Source: Candidatus Babelota bacterium (GTDB lineage Bacteria; Babelota; Babeliae; Babelales; Chromulinivoraceae). Taken from it: DNA of 64,000 nucleotides. Below the pieces are notes generated by a model, which was given only the letters and a program-made list of their open reading frames with translations, searched no databases and was not told where the DNA came from. Numbering within the stretch: the stretch's first letter is position 1; each line of letters begins with the position of its first letter. The stretch lies in contig JACPFN010000008.1 in assembly GCA_016183005.1 (NCBI GenBank), forward strand, positions 11,016 through 75,015. The letters are read 5' to 3'. This document shows, piece after piece, positions 47,569 to 56,526 of the stretch. A program made the position numbers and the translations under genes.

Positions 47569-49074
47569 TTACTTATTTGATTTTTTATTTACAACAGCTT
47601 TTTGATCCTTAACAGCAACAAAAAGATTTAAAACACGTGCAACCGCATCCTCTTTTCTTTGCATTTCAACACGTCTTCTAGCTTCGCCCTTCATATCCAT
47701 TTTATTTTTTTCTAATCTAACTACATGAGAAAGTTCAAGTACACGCCCTACTTCTGCAGGATAAACCTTGCGAGATTTTTGTCCTTCAGTTAATAATGCT
47801 GTAAATAATTCTGATAATTCTCTTTGATATTTTTCAGCGATTTTAAGTGCATTTGAAGAAGAATTAGATAATTGACCAAGAGTTAATACTATTTTTGAAA
47901 TTTCATCATCCATCTCAGATTTTTCTATAAGATTACTTGTCTCACTAATTTTTGCTTCTAATGCTTTTTTATTTTTATTCGATTCTTTAATTACATTTAA
48001 CACATTATCTATATCCGTAATAACTGAATTAAATCCTTTAAAAATACGATCTCTATCGGGTTTAAATTTATTACCAATATCTTGTATAAACTTAGCTGAA
48101 TATCTTGAAGAATCAGACTCAATGCCTTTTAATAAATTATCAATTCTTCCCAATAATCCTTCCATTAATTCTCTTAATTGAGCAATTTGTTGTATATTTT
48201 GTGCTATATTTTTTTCAAATATTGTTGATCGATTTTCATTAAGTTTAACACTTGCCTGTATTGCAACCTTCTCTGCTCCTACTGCATCTCTTGCTGCTTT
48301 TTCTACTTCTCTTGCTGCTTTTTCTGCTGCTACTTTGTTTGTCTTATTAGGAGCTACAGCTGCTACTTTTTCTGCTTCTTGCTTATCTGCTGTTGCTTTA
48401 CGTGCTGCTTCATCTGCTTTATCTTTTGCTGCTTCAGCATCAAACAATGCTATTGAGTCAGCAACCTTATCCACTATTATTTTTGCAGTAGTATACATCT
48501 TTGAAATAACAGACAAACCTTCATTAATTTCATCTAGAAACGATAATATTTTTCCTTCATCATTTTCAGGCTCAAACCAACTCAAAGGATTAAGTGGATT
48601 TTTTCTTTGCTTATTCAGATTAACCAAAGCTGTATCAACCTTATCACTTTTATCTTTTATTTGCTGATCAATCTTTAAAAGAGTTGCTTGATCATCAGGA
48701 AAACCTTCTATTTTTGTACCCTTATTTTTAATAAAATCTACTGTATAATTAGATTTATCATTTTCTACGAGCTTAAATTTAGCTATACCAGATCCAACAT
48801 TTCGAGCCATTTCTTTCTGTAATGAATCAAATTTATTTTTTACTTCTTTTAAATATTGCTTTCCTTCTTCTATTAACACGCCAAGAGCTCCATTGTCTTG
48901 CATATCAGCCGCAAATGGTTCCTTACCTGGAATATTTATAACTGCATATCTTTTAGGCCCCAAAAATGGCGTTTCTCTAAACTCTTCGTTATCTTGGTGA
49001 AATGAGGCGTTTAAACATACTGCTTGCCAACTCATAATAGAAATCAAAAGCAAGCGCAATCTTTTATCTAACAT
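47569..49074 (-). CDS. signal-peptide coiled-coil protein, paralog family member 4
   Basis: MLDKRLRLLLISIMSWQAVCLNA. Divergent N-terminal half. C-terminal half is nearly identical to member 3 but has one fewer C-terminal repeat. Confidence 0.72.
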   Translation of the reverse strand: MLDKRLRLLLISIMSWQAVCLNASFHQDNEEFRETPFLGPKRYAVINIPGKEPFAADMQDNGALGVLIEEGKQYLKEVKNKFDSLQKEMARNVGSGIAKFKLVENDKSNYTVDFIKNKGTKIEGFPDDQATLLKIDQQIKDKSDKVDTALVNLNKQRKNPLNPLSWFEPENDEGKILSFLDEINEGLSVISKMYTTAKIIVDKVADSIALFDAEAAKDKADEAARKATADKQEAEKVAAVAPNKTNKVAAEKAAREVEKAARDAVGAEKVAIQASVKLNENRSTIFEKNIAQNIQQIAQLRELMEGLLGRIDNLLKGIESDSSRYSAKFIQDIGNKFKPDRDRIFKGFNSVITDIDNVLNVIKESNKNKKALEAKISETSNLIEKSEMDDEISKIVLTLGQLSNSSSNALKIAEKYQRELSELFTALLTEGQKSRKVYPAEVGRVLELSHVVRLEKNKMDMKGEARRRVEMQRKEDAVARVLNLFVAVKDQKAVVNKKSNK

Positions 49075-49100
49075 TTTTAATTCTCCTTTTTTGATTAAAT

Positions 49101-49129
49101 AAAATAACTTTTAATTAAACTACACTCAA
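49101..49129 (-). promoter_or_regulatory. candidate sigma70-type promoter of family member 4
   Basis: The minus strand reads TTGAGT - 17 nt - TATTTT at the same distance from the ATG as in members 2 and 3. Confidence 0.4.
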
Positions 49130-49214
49130 TATTTAAAAAAAATCAATACTGTTTTACATCATTACTCTATAAATCTTTAATTGACACTCATTTTATTGCA
49201 TAAATTATACAATA

Positions 49215-49255
49215 AAAAAAATGGTCCATGAAAACTTTCATAGACCATTTTTTTG
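49215..49255 (-). terminator. rho-independent terminator downstream of rpsT
   Basis: atggtccatgaaa / tttcatagaccat inverted repeat (one mismatch) flanked by A and T runs, about 15 nt after the rpsT stop. Confidence 0.6.
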
Positions 49256-49269
49256 TAATTTTAAGAAAT

Positions 49270-49596
49270 TTATTTTTTTGCTTTTTTTGCAACAGTCTTT
49301 TTTGTAACTTTTACTTCTGCAACTGGCTGTTCAAAATGAGCTTTCACTTTCAAGGCTAAACGGCTTACTTTGCGAGAAGCTGTTTTTGCATGTAAAGTTT
49401 TTTTGCCCTTTGCTCGTGCACATTTTGACTGCGCATCGTTAAAAAGCTTTTGAATTTCAGCTTCTGTTTTGCCTTCTTGAAGAGCAGTTGTTACTTTTTT
49501 AAAAGCTGTTTTGATAGAAGTTTTACGAGCAACGTTAATTGCTTGACGTTTAACTGACTGGCGAGCTGCTTTTTTTGCTGATGTTTTATTTGCCAT
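49270..49596 (-). CDS. rpsT: 30S ribosomal protein S20
   Basis: MANKTSAKKAARQSVKRQAINVARKTSIKTAFKKV is the canonical S20 N-terminus. Confidence 0.9.
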   Translation of the reverse strand: MANKTSAKKAARQSVKRQAINVARKTSIKTAFKKVTTALQEGKTEAEIQKLFNDAQSKCARAKGKKTLHAKTASRKVSRLALKVKAHFEQPVAEVKVTKKTVAKKAKK

Positions 49597-49619
49597 AAAA
49601 TTTATAACCTTTTAAATCT

Positions 49620-49832
49620 TTAAAAAACTTTTTGTATTTTACCAGCTTTTACACATTTTGTACAAACTGCATCAAAATGTACGGGAACACGTTTTTTATG
49701 AGTTTCGTTAACTTTAATAAATCTCATTTTGTGAGTGTTTGGATAAACCCAACGCTTAGTCTTGTTATTCGCATGGCTTACAAGATTTCCAACTCGTGGA
49801 CATTTATCACAGATAGAACAAATTCGTGACAT
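49620..49832 (-). CDS. rpmB: 50S ribosomal protein L28
   Basis: MSRICSICDKCPRVGNLVSHANNKTKRWVYPNTHKMRF matches the L28 pattern (MSRxCxxxGKxxxxGNxVSHSxxKTKRxxxPNL). Confidence 0.88.
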   Translation of the reverse strand: MSRICSICDKCPRVGNLVSHANNKTKRWVYPNTHKMRFIKVNETHKKRVPVHFDAVCTKCVKAGKIQKVF

Positions 49833-49994
49833 GATAACCTTTTATTATGCTTAATTTTTTCTTTAAAATTTCGATTTTTTAACCTTCCAAATCACTTTTT
49901 AAGTGTACCCTATTTTTTAATGTTTATCAAATTTTTACCCAAAGCTTAGATAATATCATGCTTTCAGGCTTTCAATGAGATATTTGAACGCGCG

Positions 49995-50762
49995 TTACAA
50001 TATATTGGCATTTAAAATTTTTTCACAAATCATAGGATTTCCTGCTATAACCGTCTTAAATGACTCAGTAATTTCCTGTTTATCATAATCAGACACATAA
50101 CCCCCTGCTTCAAGAATCAATAATTTTCCAGCTGCCGCATCCCACCATTTCAAATTTTCAAAAAGCACTACATCATAGACTCCGATAGCCGTATATGCCA
50201 AATCTACCGCTGCAGCACCACACGCTCGAAATCGTATCCCCATTGCTACAGGCCCTAATGTTTTTTTAATAGTATTCAACTGTTCAACACGTGCTAATCG
50301 GGCAGCGGATGCAACAATTAAAGCCCCGGCAGATAAATAACGCTGTTGATCTATAAGCAATTTTTTACCATTTAACCAAGTACCCAAACCCTTTTGAGCA
50401 CTTATTAGATCATCCATTGCCGGCATATATACCACTGCAGCAATCACCTCTGAGTAATGCATCAATGCAACACTAATACCAAAATAAGGCATTCCTCGAA
50501 CAAAATTTCGAGTTCCGTCGATCGGATCTATGACCCAAGTAAACTCATGCTTAGCATACACATTTAATTCTTCAGCTATACATCCAGAACCTGGAATTAA
50601 TTCTCTTAATTCTTTTTCCAGCCTTTTTTGACTTAAAATATCCACATCCGTATAAAAACTCCATGAATCCTTCGCTATAATATTAAAATCAGTACGATAA
50701 TGTTGCATTATCTCATGACCAACTAATGTGACAATTGGAACTATTTTCTCCATATAATTCAT
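49995..50762 (-). CDS. inositol monophosphatase family protein (SuhB-like)
   Basis: IMPase motifs AEE, WVIDPIDGTRNFVRGMPYFGISVAL and WDAAAG. Confidence 0.82.
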   Translation of the reverse strand: MNYMEKIVPIVTLVGHEIMQHYRTDFNIIAKDSWSFYTDVDILSQKRLEKELRELIPGSGCIAEELNVYAKHEFTWVIDPIDGTRNFVRGMPYFGISVALMHYSEVIAAVVYMPAMDDLISAQKGLGTWLNGKKLLIDQQRYLSAGALIVASAARLARVEQLNTIKKTLGPVAMGIRFRACGAAAVDLAYTAIGVYDVVLFENLKWWDAAAGKLLILEAGGYVSDYDKQEITESFKTVIAGNPMICEKILNANIL

Positions 50763-50783
50763 TTAAAACTCCTTTTAAAAAGA

Positions 50784-50809
50784 AAGGGGCCTGAAAATTC
50801 AGGCCCCTT
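50784..50809 (-). terminator. GC-rich hairpin downstream of ftsH
   Basis: aaggggcctgaa / ttcaggcccctt perfect inverted repeat, followed on the minus strand by a T-rich run, about 14 nt after the ftsH stop. Confidence 0.7.
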
Positions 50810-50822
50810 ATCACAATACCGC

Positions 50823-52658
50823 TTATTTTACTAATCGTAAGTCAACCCTTGGCTCTATGCCAAGTAATTCATATATTTCAGCAGCGTACAATGTCTCTTT
50901 TTCTAAAAGCTCATAAGAAAGCTTATCAAGCTTATCTCTATTTTCACTTAAAAGCTTCATAGCAACATCATATTGCTCATTTAAAATTTTGGTGATTTCA
51001 GCATCTATCAACTCATAAGTTTTTTCTGAAAATCCACCCTTACGTTCATAACTATCAATATAAACACGTTTACCAAGCGCATCAGACATACCATAATCAC
51101 AAACCATGTCACGTGCAATATCAGTAGCATACTTAAAGTCACTTGATGCACCAGTAGAGATTTCATTAAATGCTAATTCTTCTGCAGCTCTACCACCAAG
51201 CGCTGCCGCTATGCTTGCTAAAAGTTCTTCCTTAGTGCGATTATATTTTTCACGTTCTGGCAAGAAATGCGTAACACCAAGAGCTCGACCACGAGGAATA
51301 ATAGTAACTTTATGTAAAGGATCTGTATCCTTTGGCATTAATAATCGTACCAATGCATGACCAGCTTCATGAAATGCTGTAACTTTTTTATCATAATCAG
51401 TTAAGATCATAGTTTTAGATTCTTTACCAAGCATCAACTTATCACGAGCTTCTTCAAAATCATACATCGTTACTTCTTCTTGATTTTTCTTAGATGCGAT
51501 AATGGCTGCTTCGTTAACTAAATTGGCTAAATCAGCTCCAGTAAACCCTGGGGTACCACGAGCAAGCCCTCTAATATCAAGATCAGCAACATATTTTATT
51601 TTTTGAAGATGTACTTTTAAAATCTCTTCTCTGCTTACCAAATCTGGAACAGGAACAACAATTTGACGATCAAAACGTCCTGGACGAATCAATGCTTTAT
51701 CTAAAATATCTGCTCGATTAGTTGCAGCTAAAACAATTACTGGATCTTTACTTGTTTCAAAACCATCCATCTCTGTTAAAAGTTGATTAAGAGTCTGTTC
51801 TCGCTCTTCATTGCCACCGCCAACAGAACTACTTCTTTGACGTCCAATAGCATCAATTTCATCAATAAATACGATACAAGGAGCTTTTTTTCTTGCTTCT
51901 GCGAAAAGATCACGTACTCGAGATGCACCAACTCCTACAAAAACTTCAATAAAATCTGCACCGCTCACGCTAAAGAATGGACAATTTGCTTCGCCAGCTA
52001 CTGCTCGAGCTAAAAGAGTTTTACCAGTTCCCGGCTCACCTACTAAAAGTATTCCTCGAGTAATACGAGCACCAAGTCGTTGATATTTAGGAGCATCTTT
52101 TAAAAAATCTACTACATCTTGCAAATCCTCTTTAGCCTCATGAGCACCAGCAACAGATGAAAAGCGCTCTTTAATCATTGATGGCAAAAACATTTTTGCG
52201 CGACTTTTTCCAATATTAAAAAGACCACCAGATCCGCCTCCACCCTTCATTCCATTCTTCATTTGACGCATGAAATACGCACCTGATACAATAGCAAGAA
52301 GCATTAAAATTCCAAGAATCAAGAACAGATGCCATGCCCCTGTAGACATAGAAGGAGTTGAAACAGAAAAATCTACTCCGTGCTGTTCAAGAAGATCAAA
52401 ATCACCTGGACGCTCTGCAACAACTGTTTCAAAGCGCTTATTATCATGAGTTAATCCTGATAAAAACTGTCCTGATTTATGTACTTTTTTAATTTGATTT
52501 TGACGAACTTTATCTAAAAATTCTTTATAAGAAATTGTTCCGATATCCTTTGCAACATCCTTAAGTTGAATTAAAACTGCAAAAAGTCCTACTACAACTA
52601 TGATCGCGATCAAAAGACCTTTCGGCCCAAATGAATTGAACGGTTTATTTGGTTTCAT
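50823..52658 (-). CDS. ftsH: ATP-dependent zinc metalloprotease FtsH
   Basis: Two N-terminal TM helices, Walker [19 protein letters not shown], Walker [33 protein letters not shown] and zinc site HEAGHA. Confidence 0.93.
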   Translation of the reverse strand: MKPNKPFNSFGPKGLLIAIIVVVGLFAVLIQLKDVAKDIGTISYKEFLDKVRQNQIKKVHKSGQFLSGLTHDNKRFETVVAERPGDFDLLEQHGVDFSVSTPSMSTGAWHLFLILGILMLLAIVSGAYFMRQMKNGMKGGGGSGGLFNIGKSRAKMFLPSMIKERFSSVAGAHEAKEDLQDVVDFLKDAPKYQRLGARITRGILLVGEPGTGKTLLARAVAGEANCPFFSVSGADFIEVFVGVGASRVRDLFAEARKKAPCIVFIDEIDAIGRQRSSSVGGGNEEREQTLNQLLTEMDGFETSKDPVIVLAATNRADILDKALIRPGRFDRQIVVPVPDLVSREEILKVHLQKIKYVADLDIRGLARGTPGFTGADLANLVNEAAIIASKKNQEEVTMYDFEEARDKLMLGKESKTMILTDYDKKVTAFHEAGHALVRLLMPKDTDPLHKVTIIPRGRALGVTHFLPEREKYNRTKEELLASIAAALGGRAAEELAFNEISTGASSDFKYATDIARDMVCDYGMSDALGKRVYIDSYERKGGFSEKTYELIDAEITKILNEQYDVAMKLLSENRDKLDKLSYELLEKETLYAAEIYELLGIEPRVDLRLVK

Positions 52659-52903
52659 AATGCCTTTAATTTATTTAGTATGTTTGAAAATAGTCCTAGA
52701 ATATGATTCTGTTTATTATCGTACTATAAAAGTTAGATACTGTCGATGCCTACTCTGTTTTTTTAAAATATTTTCATGTACCATTTGCAATTCTACAGAA
52801 ACCTGTAATACTTATAACTGTTAGTATAGTTTCACAACTGATTAGTATTGTAACATATATATAAAATACAATAAAATCAGTAGCCTTACAAAGGTCATAT
52901 TTT

Positions 52904-53266
52904 ATGAATAGCCCACAACAAAACACAATTTTCATTGGAAATCTTCCATTCAGCACAACAAAAATGGATTTGCAAGCATTATTTGAAACATTTGGTACAA
53001 TTACCAATATCCACATTCCTGTAAATAAAGAAACAGGTCAAGCTCGTGGGTTTGCATTTGTAAGCTTTGAATCAGGTAACGAAGCAGAAGCTGCTTTATC
53101 TGTTAATGGCCAAGATGTTAAAGGTCGTGCGATCAAAGTTCATTTAGCGCACAATAATTCACAAAACGGAAGCGCTCCTCGTAGTGGCGACCGTGGTCCT
53201 CGCCGTTCATTCGGTAGTGGTAACCGCTTTGAAGGTCGTGGTGGTTTCAACCGCAACCGTCAATAA
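52904..53266 (+). CDS. RRM-type RNA-binding protein with RGG-like tail
   Basis: RNP2 IFIGNL and RNP1 RGFAFVSF. C-terminal RSGDRGPRRSFGSGNRFEGRGGFNRNRQ. Confidence 0.85.
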   Translation: MNSPQQNTIFIGNLPFSTTKMDLQALFETFGTITNIHIPVNKETGQARGFAFVSFESGNEAEAALSVNGQDVKGRAIKVHLAHNNSQNGSAPRSGDRGPRRSFGSGNRFEGRGGFNRNRQ

Positions 53267-53283
53267 TTAAATTGATAATAAAA

Positions 53284-53312
53284 AGACCAGGATTTAATCC
53301 TGGTCTTTTTTT
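53284..53312. terminator. bidirectional terminator between convergent genes
   Basis: agaccagga / tcctggtct inverted repeat with a 5-nt loop. A-run upstream and T-run downstream. Confidence 0.7.
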
Positions 53313-53330
53313 GTTTTAAACAGTTATTTT

Positions 53331-53996
53331 TTATAATTCTGGAAAAGCTGTAAGCATTTCATATATATCACTTTTAGGACGGCGATATAAAACTGTACGC
53401 AAAATAAATTCTGAATTATTTTTATGTTTTACTAGAGCTCTAACAATTAATTTATCACCAACACTTTCTGTCTTAATCATAGAACTTGAACAAATTGCTG
53501 CATAAATATCACCAGGCGTCCAACCTTGAGGAAATGTAGTTTTGTAAAATCTATTACCAATTATATAATCTCTTCCATCAAACAACCAGCAATTAGTCTT
53601 TTCGTCTCTTTCAATTACAGCATTAGAAGATTGATCTTTAGCGGTAAGTGCAGCAACAACTTTATGCATATGACCACCCTGTAAAGTCGCTGTACGATCA
53701 TCCTTAATCACAGGATACATATTAATAATATGCTCAAGATCGATTACTACATTTTTACCATATAACATCTGAGGCTTACCTGCTTTCATTAATAATTCTA
53801 GCTCTATTGAATAATTTAATGAAGTTAATTCCTTACATAATGCTTCTTTTGCATCATGCAATGTTACTCCATTAGGAATTCTTTTATCACCAAACTTGAT
53901 GCTTTCAAGAAGTCCCAATTTATTATTTTTAATCCCAGATGCAACTATTAATGACCCATAAAGTGATAAACTTAATATACCTAATAATTTTTTCAT
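53331..53996 (-). CDS. secreted protein with bacterial EndoU-like nuclease motif set
   Basis: ATG 53996 (MKKLLGILSLSLYGSLIVASG signal). LEHIINM...LQGGHMH....YKTTFPQGWTPGDIYAAI resembles the HI..G..GGH ... K.STFFP..WS...I..AI pattern I recall for the EndoU_bacteria toxin family. Recognised from memory only. Confidence 0.5.
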   Translation of the reverse strand: MKKLLGILSLSLYGSLIVASGIKNNKLGLLESIKFGDKRIPNGVTLHDAKEALCKELTSLNYSIELELLMKAGKPQMLYGKNVVIDLEHIINMYPVIKDDRTATLQGGHMHKVVAALTAKDQSSNAVIERDEKTNCWLFDGRDYIIGNRFYKTTFPQGWTPGDIYAAICSSSMIKTESVGDKLIVRALVKHKNNSEFILRTVLYRRPKSDIYEMLTAFPEL

Positions 53997-54118
53997 ATGA
54001 CACAACCCCTAATAAGAATAAACATTAATGTAATCAATAAAAATTTTCAATAATAATACTTTATTAAAGAAAAAAACATACAGTTCCTTTTGTATATAAT
54101 TCAAGTGCAATTAATTCA

Positions 54119-54528
54119 TCAATCAGCTTTTTCAATTCTTCTTGAAAATAATTCAAGTGTGGCTAATTTATCAGTCAGCATTTTTTCAATTTCAGCAGAA
54201 TATGAATGATCAACATTAATACCAACAAACATGAAAGATCGATCATAAAATAATCACAATACTTCTTCTATTGCTTCATGATGAATCACATGATCTAATT
54301 CTTAATGTAAAACGTCAACATTTCTTCCTTGAATAGCAATATTAAGTCTAACATTAGACCAAGGATGTATTAGTGTTTTAAAATGTGCGCGCTTGGTTGC
54401 TTCTCTCTTGGAAATACTACAAATCTCCATAAAAAGAGCCGCTTGATAGTCAATTGAACCTTGAGACTCCTGCATAGATAATACAATTCCATGACCTATG
54501 CACAATGCAAAAAAATATGCTTTTTCAT
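54119..54528 (-). pseudogene. decayed tandem duplicate of the 54641-55069 gene
   Basis: Same upstream sequence and same start (ATGAAAAAGCAT). The T-tract is one nt shorter than in the intact copy (frameshift). Downstream frame reads CIGHGIVLSMQESQ...RNVDVLH*ELDHVIHHEAIEEVL*LFYDRSFMFVGINVDHSYSAEIEKMLTDKLATLE, colinear with the intact paralog but with two in-frame stops. Confidence 0.7.
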
Positions 54529-54640
54529 AAAAAAACCTGCTTTTAAAGTAATAATAATCATTATAAATATAGCAACTAAAGATAAAACTTAATACCTTTA
54601 ATAAAAATTTTCATCGATAATATTTTATTAATATAGAATA

Positions 54641-55069
54641 CTATAAATTTTTTCCATGTTTTTTTAAACATTTTGAACGCAATACAGTTAATTTATCAAT
54701 TAACATATTTTCAATTGCAACATAATTAGGATCATCAATAGAACCTATAAACATAAGGGGTGGGTTTCGCAATGATCTTAATGTTTCTATTACGCATTCA
54801 TAATTAGTCTCAATGCTTAATTCTTGACGTACAACATCTACATTTTTCGTATGAACAGCCAAATATAATCCAATCTTAGACCAATCATTCATTTGTACCT
54901 GAAAAAAATTTCCTTTGTTATCTTTTGAATGAGAAAATTTACAGAGCTGAGCAAGAAGAGCCGGTGGATATCTAGTGGAAGAAATATCAGAATTTAAAAG
55001 TTGAGTCTTATGCATAGATAATATAATTCCATGACCTATGCATAATGCAAAAAAAAGATGTTTTTTCAT
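54641..55069 (-). CDS. small secreted hypothetical protein (intact copy of the duplicated gene)
   Basis: ATG 55069 (MKKHLFFALCIGHGIILSM signal). 142 aa. Lies immediately downstream of tolB, where pal is usually found, but has no OmpA-like motifs. Confidence 0.55.
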   Translation of the reverse strand: MKKHLFFALCIGHGIILSMHKTQLLNSDISSTRYPPALLAQLCKFSHSKDNKGNFFQVQMNDWSKIGLYLAVHTKNVDVVRQELSIETNYECVIETLRSLRNPPLMFIGSIDDPNYVAIENMLIDKLTVLRSKCLKKHGKNL

Positions 55070-55178
55070 AAAAAACCTGTTTTTTTTGATGATAACAATC
55101 ATTATAAATATAGCAACTAACGATAATTGTTTTATAGAGTTAATAAATATTTTTAAAAATACTGCTTATAAAAAAAGA

Positions 55179-56504
55179 TTATTTATGTAAAATCCCTAAG
55201 ATTTCATCATAAATTGGTGAACAAGATGGATAGGTACAGTTATCTTTTTCAGCTGTTAAAAATTTAATAGTCTTAGTTGGTATATGCAATTGAGCAACTC
55301 TACTTTCTAAACCTTTATTAAGACCAAAAATTATATAATTTCCACAACTAGACCAGCTTCCTTCTTCCTTACTACCAGGGCCATCAGTAATTTGAGTATG
55401 TTTTTCAGTTTTTAAATCATATAAAAATAATTGCATTCCAGCACCCATCATCTTTGAATATACCAACTGTTTTCTAACAAAACTATATGCAGGACACGCA
55501 CAGTATCCCCCATCAGTGATAGACTCTATAGATTTAGTTTTTAGATCTAGCAAATATATTTGAGGTTTCCCCGTTTTATAATCTGAAACAAAGGCAATAT
55601 GAGTATCATCAACAAAACATGGTGCTATATTGTCACCCGTGTTAAATGTTAGTCTATCAAAATGGCGTTGGCCAGATACATGATTAATATATGAAAGATA
55701 TAATTGACTTGTTCCATCTTTAGATAAACAAAAAACAATCTTTTTGCCATCTTGAGAAAATGTTGGTTGCATATTAAGACCATCAAATGAACAGATAACT
55801 TTTCGCTTACCAAACATATTACTCATCACAAGCTGTACGTTTGAAACAGTATTTTCAGAATAAAAAAGTAGCGGACAAGCTACATCATTATTCCATCGCG
55901 GCGCAAAGCTCACGGTTGGAGTATCAACAAAAAGTTGTGGATTAGAACCATCAAAGTCGGTAATCCATATCTGTTTATAAGGTTTATCTTTACCGAATTT
56001 CTTTCTCCAAATCTGTTTTGAATAAGCTATTTTAGAACGAAAAGAACTTTGTGTCGCAAAAAGTTCTGGCCATACTTGATCTGCAATAGTATGCGCTACA
56101 TAATCTAATGTATTAGTGTCTTGCTTAATTTTCTTTCCCGCCAACATTTTTATAGAAGATACATCATATAAATGCCAACTATAAACTTTATGATCATTTG
56201 AAATAATAATGGCAATCAACACATTGGGTTCAAATAAATCTTTCAACTCTCGCTCATGCTTCAAAGTATCTAAATGCTTTTGTTCAACAATACTTTGATT
56301 GCTCCATTCTAAATCCTTTTTTAAACGAGCAAGTAACTGTTTAAATTCAGAATCTACAGTACCCAAACTTACTAAACCTATTTTAATTTTTTTAGTTTTT
56401 TGCGCCTGAACTGATAACTGCAAATCAGAAGATTCTTGTTCAGCTAAAACCAAAAATGAAAGCAATATTATTAATAAACCTAATAGATTGTTAAATTTAT
56501 TCAT
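55179..56504 (-). CDS. tolB: TolB-like periplasmic beta-propeller protein
   Basis: Signal peptide and N-terminal TolB-like domain. Repeated propeller blades of the P.FS.DGKKI.F type (QPTFSQDGKKIVFCLSKDGTSQLYL, APCFVDDTHIAFVSDYKTGKPQIYL). Position after tolQRA. Confidence 0.8.
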   Translation of the reverse strand: MNKFNNLLGLLIILLSFLVLAEQESSDLQLSVQAQKTKKIKIGLVSLGTVDSEFKQLLARLKKDLEWSNQSIVEQKHLDTLKHERELKDLFEPNVLIAIIISNDHKVYSWHLYDVSSIKMLAGKKIKQDTNTLDYVAHTIADQVWPELFATQSSFRSKIAYSKQIWRKKFGKDKPYKQIWITDFDGSNPQLFVDTPTVSFAPRWNNDVACPLLFYSENTVSNVQLVMSNMFGKRKVICSFDGLNMQPTFSQDGKKIVFCLSKDGTSQLYLSYINHVSGQRHFDRLTFNTGDNIAPCFVDDTHIAFVSDYKTGKPQIYLLDLKTKSIESITDGGYCACPAYSFVRKQLVYSKMMGAGMQLFLYDLKTEKHTQITDGPGSKEEGSWSSCGNYIIFGLNKGLESRVAQLHIPTKTIKFLTAEKDNCTYPSCSPIYDEILGILHK

Positions 56505-56526
56505 CCAAAAAACCCCTTTGCAAAGA

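Larger units (their letters stand above)
45570..49135 (-). repeat. tandem direct repeat, period about 1.68 kb (two full copies plus the 5' end of a third)
   Basis: Stops at 45890 and 47569 are 1679 nt apart, as are the ORF-track starts 45746 and 47425. Intergenic blocks 45747-45889 and 47426-47568 differ at only a handful of positions by eye. The same leader sequence recurs at 49075-49135. Confidence 0.8.

Noticed and set aside
42059-49074. The paralog array as an SMC/myosin-like cytoskeletal protein, phage tail fibre or fragmented giant gene
   Set aside because: Each member has its own start, signal-like N-terminus, stop and hairpin. There are no ATPase heads and no phage neighbours. The members are therefore separate exported proteins rather than fragments.
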